From Macrostomum hystrix (taxonomy: Eukaryota; Animalia; Platyhelminthes), in contig CATNEN010000001.1 of NCBI GenBank assembly GCA_950097015.1, positions 16,182,001-16,246,000 of the forward strand: DNA of 64,000 nucleotides, given 5' to 3'. The first letter of the stretch is position 1. The number at the start of each line of letters is the position of its first letter. Position numbers and translations under genes: made by a program. Under the pieces are notes generated by a model. It was given only the letters and a program-made list of their open reading frames with translations. It made no database searches and had not been told where the DNA came from. This document shows, piece after piece, positions 24,035 to 34,891 of the stretch.

Positions 24035-24914
24035 CTCAGAAGTTCGAGCGTCATTAAACTGTTGCCGTACTGTTTAGTTTAGCGGCATAATCACTGCAAT
24101 ATAACTGTTCGGCGTGAGAAATAAATTCGAAAATAAGTTTTTACTAATTAATAGTCACAACAGGCATTTTGTACGAAAGAAAAACTCAAAGTGCCTTTAT
24201 CAGGTAAAGGCGGGCTCTTTTATTATTGCTCTTTTTGCTTTCCCATTTTTATTTCTGTAATTTACTGTTGGTCTGTTCAATTTCACTCTTCTTCAGTTGC
24301 TTTGCATTTAGTACCCTGAAGATATTTAATTCTACAAAACATTCCGGTTTGAGTGCAATCCAAATCCTATCCCAGGCCTATCCCATATGTATACAGATAC
24401 TTGGTGTTTACTTTTTTTCTCCCGCTATGCATCCTTTTACTATTTATACAGAAAATTAAACGTTCTTTGTGCGGCAATTAAGCAGCCACAGTCAGACAAA
24501 TTCTTTATACTGAACTGCGTTAGAAATTTATATTTATTTTCGTTGACTCTTACTTCTTTAATTTCGAAATTTAAACGTTATGCAGCAAAACATAATGCTG
24601 ACACAGCTAGTGCTTTCACCTACGATCGAATCTTTTGGGATCGTTTTCCTGAAGGCGGCTCATCTATGTCTACAATACTTAATAAGTTAATAATACTGAG
24701 CTGGCACAACTGAGCCAAAAAATCTTGTCAACTTGCGCATCAGAGGCCGCACTAAGTGCGCAGTTGCTGTTAGAATTTAAGAAATGAATCAGCGCCAAAA
24801 TTCATAATGCCGGTCGCCCTCACAATTGAGCGACCTGCTTTACGAGCGTAAATCGACGACTCTCCAAATCACTCCGCCATTATGTAAACACATTACCATA
24901 GAATCACATACCAC

Positions 24915-25117
24915 CATAATAATAATAATAATTGATTACACCTGCCCCAATTGGGCCAGATGTGCAGCCGACAGCACAGCTGCAGCTATGGCGCGGCGCA
25001 TCTGAAGGTTGCGTACAGCTGTTCAGTCCATGGACTGGCGGGACGCCACACCCACCTTTCAAGTATCCCAGCTGATGCTGGTACCCATTTAACAGCTGGT
25101 TGAACTGAAGCAATTCA
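24915..25117 (-). mobile_element. SINE 3' half, cut off by the satellite
   Basis: (taa)n tail and body match the 1575-1800 family; homology stops at gcaattcag. Confidence 0.8.
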
Positions 25118-27937
25118 GGGATCATTGTTAACTGGGGGATCATGATCAACTGGGGGATCTTTGTTAACTGGGGGATCATTGTCAACAGGGGAGGTACATT
25201 GTCAACTGTGGGATCATTGTCAAATGGGGGATCATTGTCAACTGGGTGATCATAATCAACTGAGTGATCATTGTCAACTTGTGGATCATTGTCAACTGGG
25301 AATCATTGTCAACTTGGGGATCATGGTCAACTGGGGGATCATCATCAACTGGGGGATACTTGTCAACTGGCTGATCATAATCAACTCAGTGATCATTGTC
25401 AACTGTGGGATCATTGTCAACTGTGGGATCATTGTCAACTGGAAGATCATTGTCAACTGGGTGATAATTGTCAACTGGGGAATCATCATCAACTGGGGGA
25501 TCATCATCAACTGAGTGATCATAATCAACTGAGTGATCATTGTCAACTGGGAATCATTGTCAACTGGGGGATCATTGTCAACTGGGTGATAATTGTCAAC
25601 TGGGGAATCATCATCAACTGGGGGATCATAATCAAATGGGGGATCATTGTCAACTGGGGGATCATTGTCAACTGTGGGATCATTGTCAACTGGGGGATAA
25701 TTGTCAACTGAGTGATCATAATCAACTGAGTGATCATTTTCAACTTGTGGATCATTGTCAACTGGGAATCTTTGTCAACTTGGGGATCATGGTCAACTGG
25801 GGGATCATCATCAACTGGGGGATCATCATCAACTGGGGGATCATCATCAACTGGGGGATCATCATCAAATGGGGGATCATTGTCAACTGGGTGATCATAA
25901 TCAACTGAGTGATCATTGTCAACTTGTGGATCATTGTCAACTGTGGGATCATTGTCAACTGGGGGATCATCATCAACTGGGGGATACTTGTCAACTGGCT
26001 GATCATAATCAACTCAGTGATCATAATCAACTGAGTGATCATTGTTAACTTGTGGATCATTGTCAACTGGGAATATTTGTCAACTTGGGGATCATGGTCA
26101 ACTGGGGGATCATTATCAAGTGGGTGATCATTGTCAACTGGCGGATCATGGTCAACTGGGGGATAATTGTCGACTGGGGGATAATTGTCAACTGGGGGAT
26201 CATCATCAACTGGGGGATCATCATCAACTGGGGGATCATTGTCAACTGGGTGATCATAATCAGCTGAGTGATCATAATCAACTGAGTGATCATTATCAAG
26301 TGGGTGATCATTGTCAACTGGCGGATCATGGTCAAGTGGGGGATAATTGTCGACTGGGGGATAATTGTCAACTGGGGGATCATTGTCAACTGGGTGATCA
26401 TTGTCAACTGAGTGATCATAATCAACTGACTGATCATTGTCAACTTGTGGATCATTGTCAACTGTGGGATCATTGTCAACTAGGGGATCATCATCAACTG
26501 GGGGATACTTGTCAACTGGCTGATCATAATCAACTCAGTGATCATAATCAACTGAGTGATCATTGTTAACTTGTGGATCATTGTCAACTGGGAATCTTTG
26601 TCAACTTGTGCATCATTGTCAACTGGGAATCATTGTCATTGTCAACTGTGGGATCATTGTCAACTGTGGGATCGTTGTCAACTGGAAGATCATTGTCAAC
26701 TGGGTGATAATTGTCAACTGGGGAATCATCATCAACTGGGGGATCATCATCAACTGAGTGATCATAATCAACTGAGTGATCATTGTCAACTGGGAATCAT
26801 TGTCAACTGGGGGATCATTGTCAACTGGGTGATAATTGTCAACTGGGGAATCATCATCAACTGGGGGATCATAATCAAATGGGGGATCATTGTCAACTGG
26901 GGGATCATTGTCAACTGTGGGATCATTGTCAACTGGGGGATAATTGTCAACTGAGTGATCATAATCAACTGAGTGATCATTTTCAACTTGTGGATCATTG
27001 TCAACTGGGAATCTTTGTCAACTTGGGGATCATGGTCAACTGGGGGATCATCATCAACTGGGGGATCATCATCAACTGGGGGATCATCATCAACTGGGGG
27101 ATCATCCTCAAATGGGGGATCATTGTCAACTGGGTGATCATAATCAACTGAGTGATCATTGTCAACTTGTGGATCATTGTCAACTGTGGGATCATTGTCA
27201 ACTGGGGGATCATCATCAACTGGGGGATACTTGTCAAGTGGCTGATCATAATCAACTCAGTGATCATAATCAACTGAGTGATCATTGTTAACTTGTGGAT
27301 CATCATCAACTGGGGGATCATCATCAACTGGGGGATCATTGTCAACTGGGTGATCATAATCAGCTGAGTGATCATAATCAACTGAGTGATCATTATCAAG
27401 TGGGTGATCATTGTCAACTGGCGGATCATGGTCAACTGGGGGATAATTGTCGACTGGGGGATAATTGTCAACTGGGTGATCATTGTCAACTGAGTGATCA
27501 TAATCAACTGACTGATCATTGTCAACTTGTGGATCATTGTCAACTGTGGGATCATTGTCAACTGGGGGATCATCATCAACTGGGGGATACTTGTCAACTG
27601 GCTGATCATAATCAACTCAGAGATCATAATCAACTGAGTGATCATTGTCAACTTGTGGATCATTGTCAACTGGGAATCATTGTCAACTTGGGGATCATGG
27701 TCAACTGGGGGATCATTTTCGACTGGGGGATAATTGTCAACTGGGGTTCATTGGTAACTGGGGGATCATTGTCAACTGTGGGATCATTGTCAACTGGGGG
27801 ATCATCATCAACTGGGGGATCATCATCAACTGGGGGATCATCATCAACTGGGGGATCATCATCAACTGGGGGATCATCATCAACTGGGGGATCATCATCA
27901 ACTGGGGGATCATCATCAACTGGGGGATCATCATCAA
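25118..27937. repeat. 18-bp satellite (GGGGGATCATTGTCAACT consensus) with ~1243-bp higher-order duplication
   Basis: About 155 monomers by length, with occasional 17-bp variants; variant order repeats at offset 1243 (25540 vs 26783, 25755 vs 26998). Confidence 0.95.
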
Positions 27938-28316
27938 ATTTATTTGACTCGAACTTATTAACCTGGAAAGTCACCTAGAAAAGTTTATCTTAACTCTGAC
28001 TATGTCAGTACTATATGGCTGTCGTCGGTGTCCCAATAGATTTGAGCACAGTTTATCGAGTCGGGTTCAATTGAAAATCAACCTAGAAATGATTTCCTAC
28101 ACGACTGAGTTGGTTTCATGATTTCAAATGATTTCCTCATGATGAAGGAAAGTTCATCTTCAAGCTCATCATGAAGTTTTCAAGCTTTTTTAAAACAACT
28201 TTAAGTCTATCTAAGTAAAATAGTCCCTGTTCATAAATTCCCCATTGCCCTTCTCCGAAACTTCGAAAGCCATGCAGGAACGCCGTGGCACATCGGGTGG
28301 GACTGATCGGGTAAGA

Positions 28317-28710
28317 AGCACAGACCAAATTAATAAGATAAGGCTTTCCTTCCGTCTGTGGTGGGGAGACCCACATGCATTACGTTCTAAATATTCTTAT
28401 CAGTTTTTATTTGAGCTGCTCCCTCCTCTTTTGGCTGTTCAAGTTCTGTGACTCACTTCAATTGGTTTTAGATCCCTAAAAGACTGGGGGCGCGAGTCAG
28501 TTCCGAACTTCCGCAGAACTCTGCCGCTAAAAATACTCTTTTATTTGTCTCGAAAAATTAAAATATGTACAGATTTGTACAGATATGTACAGTCTGTTAG
28601 GAAAAGATATTTGCTGAGTTATAAAACTATTAAATTATATTTACTTGCTTGATGATTCTGGAGCATCCTGTTTGCTTTATTACTTTATTATGCCAATGAG
28701 TACGAGTACA
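28317..28710. repeat. Diverged direct repeat of 30518-30772, flanking the SET gene
   Basis: Shared agcacagaccaaat...ataagataaggc, tctgtggtggggagacc and caatgagtacg blocks. Confidence 0.75.
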
Positions 28711-28891
28711 TTAAGCGATTAAAAAAATTAAGACACAAATTCCAAGAATCTTTTCAGAAAAGTAACCATTTTCTCAATGCGCCATTGCTTTATTTGTAAT
28801 AAAGAATATACATAATTAAACATGATTGTTACATGATTAAAGATTTAGCAAAATAAACTAAGCGACGAGTCATAATAACATGCGTGTCTTT

Positions 28892-30346
28892 CTAGTCTCG
28901 AAGCCATGGGTTCTTCACAAGATCATCATTATCGATACCTCTACCAGTCGTATAGTCGAACGTCAGTTCTGTGCCCGTTGCAACATATTTATTTGTCACG
29001 AAATAAATGACGGGTCGCAGCCCCTGGTCGATAATAATGAGCTTTGCTTTACAGTTAGGAGCAGTAGAAGAATGGTTCAGGTACCTTCCCAATCCGTCAC
29101 TGTTGCTGGCGTCAATTACCCATAATTTGCCGTTAACTTTAAACTCAAATAGCATCCAGTCGGAGTTAGGTTCACATTCGCGTCTAATCGCTTCCTGTTC
29201 GTTCAGCAGGATTCCGGCGAATTGATCGACAAACGCCCCCGCAGCTAGGTTGATTCTCGCAAAGGCGCCCAGTCCCTTCTCGCCCGCAGGTGCAACAGCG
29301 ATCGCGGTGTCTGTCTTCCCGTTGATGCCCAGTATGCGCTCGGTTGTATCTCTAGTGGATGTCGGGGGACGATAATCGACACTAGATCGGCTGAGCCTCT
29401 GAGCCGGCCTCTTCTTAACGGTCGGGTCAGGCAAAGGCTGTGCGGGGGTGTAGTTAAACACGATTTAATTTGTTTTTTTTTCATGCTTCTAAATCGCCCT
29501 TTTCTCCATCGCCTCTCTCACATTTCACTTGCTTGCTGACATCTCGTTTGCATCTCATCTCACTTAATCGGCCTCTACTTTTTACTCCCTCTTAATCCTC
29601 TCCTCTCTCATTAAGTTACTCAAAGAAAAACGATTACAGAAAAGGAAACTTTGCCCCAAAATCAGCTTTATACAGCCACACCATCTAACCGCACTCAATT
29701 GATTGACGAACCTCTAATGGACATACTGCTAGGGCGATTCGTAAAGATTGATCCACGCGTGAGTTGCCTTCGCCCTCTTCCTCGCTGTCGGAGAAGGATA
29801 ATTCGACGTTGACCTCAGGGACAGCGCGTTTGTTAGTCTGAAAAATTAAACATTTTTAATATTTTCTCATGCAGAAACATGAGAATGTGCATAACAGAAA
29901 TTAAGACGCGGGGCCTACATGCAAAGATTATAGTGGGAGATTATAGTTGCAGAGGGGAGTAGGAGAATACTTAGAAGGACAAGTTATTGAACAGGCAGGT
30001 AACATACATTATCATTCACCTGAAGTTCAGCCGTTGATGGAATTGCGCAAGAATGTCGCTTGAATCGGACTATAAGTCCCGGGCCAGTTTCGCAGGTCAC
30101 CCTGACCTGATCAGCGCGTTGGGAAGTCTGGCAATGTATGCGTGCAATACGTGAGTGTACAATAGAAATATAACAAAAGAATAAAGGAAAAGTTGTAAAC
30201 TTTTTACAATCTCAAATAATTTGCTGCCTCTGAATTCTCACCTCATTGAGGGCGGTCGATACGCGCTTTAAACGAATTTTTAAACCGGGCACTGCTGTGT
30301 CTGCACTTCCGCAGTCAGATATTAGCCACTGATCACTTATATCCAT
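28892..30346 (-). CDS. SETD8/PR-Set7 (KMT5A)-like SET-domain protein, predicted 289 aa; join(30346-30242,30127-30020,29837-29727,29437-28892)
   Basis: GEKGLG, GRYLNHS, ELTFDY and C-terminal NPWL motifs; three upstream stop-free phase-0 exons with GT/AG; minus-strand AATAAA near 28790. Confidence 0.85.
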
Positions 30347-31163
30347 GAAATATTAAATACTTTTGTGATGAAAATAAATCGCAAAATAATTTCCTGTGTA
30401 GTGTGTAATGACTCTGAACGGGTTTGGGTGGGACCGATCAAGCGGGGTGGGGAGGGGAGCACACAGACTTTTTATTTCTAGAAGTTTCTAGAAGTTGTTA
30501 TTTCTAGAAGTCTCTGGGAGCACAGACCAAATGGATAAGATAAGGCCGGCTTTCCTTCTGTCTGTGGTGGGGAGACCAGTCATCAGTTTATCAGTTTTTT
30601 TTAGCTGCTCCTTCCTCTTTTGGCCGTGCAAGTCCTGTGACCATGCAGAAGAGCTCTACTAGCTAGATGTTTACCGTTTCTAGCAGTCACTTCAATTAAT
30701 GGGAATTAAGTGATTCTGGAAGCATGCTTGTTGCTAAAACACTAAGCTTCTAAGTCAATGAGTACGCGTACAATAAAAGCAATTACGAAGATAATGACAC
30801 GCTTTCGAATGCCTTATAAAATTAAATTCGATTTAAGAATTTCGTAAAAATGTGCGAAAGAACAAAGTTTTGGCATTAAAGTGTCAACGCGTTCTTCAGG
30901 CAACGGACGGCAAGAAAAATGGACTCCTGTTATCGGAGACCACACACCGCCTCAAATAAACCTTATCGCTTATCATTCCCGATTCCCGGTATTTATTTTG
31001 CTATTCGGACTTTGCTGCTCAATATCAGTATACAGTTTACAGGGATACAGGGAGTATACAGTTTTTTACATTTGTACATTTTTATGTCTGTAGTCAAATT
31101 GATGCAAAACATTAACAGTCAAAATTACATTTGCTGACAAGGGTGGAACAGAATGCGATTCCA

Positions 31164-33919
31164 CTAATCAACACCAGAGAGAGGAATCACCAGCCATGCC
31201 TTTCCGGTCTTGCGCGGGAACAGAAAGCACTTCCTGTGGGGAGTGCCAGTAACAAAAGATCGTGTTTTACAATAGACTCCGATACCCAGTTTTGAGGACG
31301 GATATGGATAGTCATACAAGTCCTTTTGCAGCGACAGAATATTGCCAGTTACTTGGTCACCAAGAACAGAAGTAATCCGAACAACTGAGCCATTCACGAT
31401 GCAACAGTTGTCGGGCATCTTAACAGAGTACTTAATGGGCTTAATTGGGTTGCTGACTAGTAAGTCGCGAAGTGAAAGCATTTGATTTAGCAAGTAAGAT
31501 GATACAAAGCGCGTTACTCGAAGGCGACCCTTTAAGTGAGAGAGGTAGTTCTCATATGGAAAGGCCGAAAAGTTGGACACATTTCCACGTTGCCTCGCGT
31601 ATTGAAACAAGTGCAAAAGAACGTGAGCATTGTGAGTCATGAAACTGTTGCCGTACAGTTGAGCTGCGTCATACACAAAAAGTTTCAAGGCAGATTCAGC
31701 GGCATCAAGAAGTTCAGGCTGTGGGCTATCAGAGCAAAGAACATAACAGGCAAAGTGAAATAGAAGAAAATGCCTGTACAACTCTGTTGGCAGAAATTTG
31801 CGAAAAAAATACGGGCCCACATACAGAGTCCACGTGCGGAACTCGCTGGCTTTGAAATGTCCGAGTTCTCGGTCGATTCTCCGAGGGCGTCTTTGGAAAT
31901 TTGTCGGTGTATATATAGCACGTGATTCGGCAAAATCAGAAAGTGCGGAAACTTGATCCGGCCTAATTTTGCGCCGCCGTCCGTCATCCACCGCAAAGAG
32001 GAAGGTGAAAAGACGCCTAGCGACGCCTAGAAAGAGCAGGTGCATTGGCTCCGGTGGGCAAGCATCAGGTAGTTGCAAGCCTGGCAGTGACAGGAGCGGA
32101 CTTGGTTCATGCCGCTGGTTGGATTCCCTGCAGTAGTTGTTGGCGATAAAGACTAGTAATAATAATAATTTATTACACCTGCCCCAATCGACAGCACAGC
32201 CGCAGCTAATGCGCGGCGCATCTGAAGGCTGCGTACGGCTGTTCAGTCCATGGACTGGGAGGACGCCATACACCCACCTTCAATTACCCCAGCTAATGCT
32301 GGTACCTATTTAACAGCTGGGTGAACCGAAGCACTGCAGAGTTAAGTGTCTTGCTAAAGGACACAAATTTTTTCAGTGGAGTCGGGAATCGAGCTATTGT
32401 ATATTATTGTATATTGAATATTGTATATTTTATATTGTATATAGCAAGTATGTGAATAATTTTTTAGATTTAAAAGGACAGCCATTATATAGACAGTCTG
32501 AATCGGAATCACATTTCTTTAGTTGCCATATCCCGATACAGCCATTTGCATATTTATATGATTAACTGATTCACGTATTAAGACAACGTCAGGTCAGGTT
32601 CGTAGACATGTATAAAACATGTCAGATATCCTGCCATGTAGGCATATACAGATGTATAAGCTGGTATACAAAATTCGCAAAAGCACACACACATACACAC
32701 AACCCCATGCACACACACGCACCTATTAAACCGGTAATCCTCAGCTGTGCGACACTCTCCGACTTCGACAGGGTAGACTATTCGCCGGTCGACCGTCTGG
32801 GCTACCACTCTGCAGTAGGGGCAGCCGTGATGTGCGTTGTGGCCCAAAGTTGCGGTAATGAAGGTCCGCGCTGGCGTGTCGCAAATGAACGTGATGTTCC
32901 TGATGTGGATTAGCACCCCATCAACTTCGACAAAGTCGGTCATGAAGGACTGCAGCTCATTGATGAAGTCGGCCAGGTACTCGGTAAGAGGTGGTTTACC
33001 CAACCCAGCATACACAGCAACAGGAAGTGGGCGACAGAATCTCGAAAACTTAACGATAATAGGCCATGCCGCGTAGCTTGACGAATTGTAAATCGGCATT
33101 CCGTCAATGCCAACATCAATGTCCAGTTCCAACCTTGCTCTGTCATTCTGGGTGGCTTCCGGATTTCCAAGATCCAACATGCCGCCGCGAATCAGGAACG
33201 CCAGGTTCGAAGCAATACCGATGTAGGAAAAGTGTCCACTACCCATGGTGTACTTTTGTATTTGTACTGCTTCAGCCGAAGGTTCTTTGCGCAGACGGTG
33301 CACTGTTCTTGCGACCGGCAGGCCTCGGCAGACTAGAGCATTGAGCAGGAACTGCATCGCTCGATGTGAGATGTTGTAACGAACGAAGAATATTAGAAGC
33401 TCCTCATTCAGGCTCTCCAATGATGGCTTTGCTGTTTGGCCTGGGTCCCCATCTTCCGCATCTGTTGACAAGTGATCGGCGTAGTCGAACTCATCAGCCT
33501 CACTTTCGTCGAAAGCCTCGTTAATAGCTGATAAATGCATGGGGTCACAGGCATTGACACCGGCACTGGTAGAATCAGGCCGCGAATCCTCAGGTGGAAT
33601 GAGGCTTGCGCCATCTGCATGGGAAGATGCAACCTCCTGATTGAAAATAAAGAGGAAAAAAAGAAGACGATGAAACTGTGCATAAAATTCGAGGCAATCA
33701 ATCAAACCTATCACCCTGTCAATCCTGCCTCTGTCTGCCCCACACTCGTCAAATTTCTTTACAAAATTGCATGAAACTTAAATAGAATCTCAATAAGAAT
33801 TGAAAACTCACTTGGTCCATTACTACATCACTGTCCGCAAAGTCAAGTAGGTTCTTTGTGAACCAATTTTGAAACTTTCATCGTGGGTTCGTGTCACCTT
33901 TAGTCCGTCTTTTAGACAT
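31164..33919 (-). CDS. EnSpm/CACTA-type transposase, ~661 codons; join(33919-33812,33636-32723,32127-31164); in-frame TGA at codon 14
   Basis: GIDGMP...WPI, ICDTPAR...GHN...GCPYC, EPMHLLFLGV, FKASEFRTW, HNAHVLLHL and SAFPYENY motifs; intron phases 0 and 2 are consistent. Confidence 0.88.
32157..32395 (-). mobile_element. SINE in transposase intron 2
   Basis: Same family as 1575-1800, with B-box remnant and (taa)n tail. Confidence 0.8.
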
Positions 33920-34054
33920 TTTGTGAGTAAGTGATGGATATGAAAGGCTAATAGATGGGATATATTGAAAAAATTGCTGTAAATTAACCCGGGAAAATAA
34001 TATTACTAGAGCCTAGAGGTCTGTAAATTACAATTCATTAGTTTACTAAAATTG

Positions 34055-34285
34055 CTAGTTTACTTGCCTTTGTCGAGACTCGAGTCGAGTTGGCTCTCAG
34101 CTCGGCTCGGCTCGGCTCGCTCTTGGCTCGGATTGGCTCTGTCGGATTCCGCGCGGCGCGGGCAAGTTTTCATTGGCTTGTGTCCAATAAAGCTTTGAGA
34201 AGGCGGGGACCCACCTGTGGCATATCTGCACGTATGGCTCATATATAAATAGATGATCAATCGTTGTTGAGCAATTTTATAGTTG
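34055..34285 (+). promoter_or_regulatory. Promoter cassette, copy 1 (between divergent transposase and ORF 34353)
   Basis: attgg boxes, aggcgggg GC box, tatataaa at 34242; duplicated at 39939-40145. Confidence 0.65.
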
Positions 34286-34352
34286 CAACTTCTCCCACCA
34301 GATCACTAAAATTCCCTCAACTAACTTCCTTCAACCTTCCTTCAACAAAAAA

Positions 34353-34805
34353 ATGAATAGCAACAGCAGCGACAGCAACAGCATCAACAGCAGCCAATGC
34401 CATGTCCATGGCCTGGATGTTCATGACGATGTCAATGAGTTCAAATTTCATTTGTTCCCGGCACAGTTCCGGGCGAACTTTCTGGCCAATGCCACCACCA
34501 AACTGGATGAGGCCATCCAGTCATGCCTCGTCGCTGCGGAAGAGATGGCGGCGACAGTGGCCTGGACGCCCGCACGGCGCCGGGCACAGGACGCGCTGAA
34601 TGAAGCGACGCGTCTTATGAAGCTGGCCATGATTCGGATGGCCAGAGCTCGCCGCATAGCGGCGGGCCTGGACCCATATGTGAGTAGTCGCTTTTGAATA
34701 TTATTATTATTAGAATATTTATTAACGCATCTGATCTGATAACCGAGCTAATAAGCTAAATGAAACTGAAACCCATCTTTTATATCGCAGCCGGGCGTCC
34801 TGTGA
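34353..34805 (+). CDS. Orphan ~113-aa helical protein; join(34353-34679,34791-34805)
   Basis: aaaaATG context after a TATA box, GC-rich ORF, donor GTGAGT at 34680 and acceptor tcgcag at 34790. The unspliced ORF ends at 34697. Confidence 0.6.
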
Positions 34806-34891
34806 ATCGCTGCAGGGCAGCAGATCGGCCGGCTGACCGGGACCGGCTGACCAATTTAAGTGGCGATAATTGCACTTATTGACAATAATAA

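Noticed and set aside
24904-27978. Many His/Cys-rich or Ile/Trp-rich ORFs (QLGDHC, WGIIVN and MIPQLT repeats)
   Set aside because: They are translations of the 18-bp satellite; several frames are open at once and 17-bp monomers shift frame freely.
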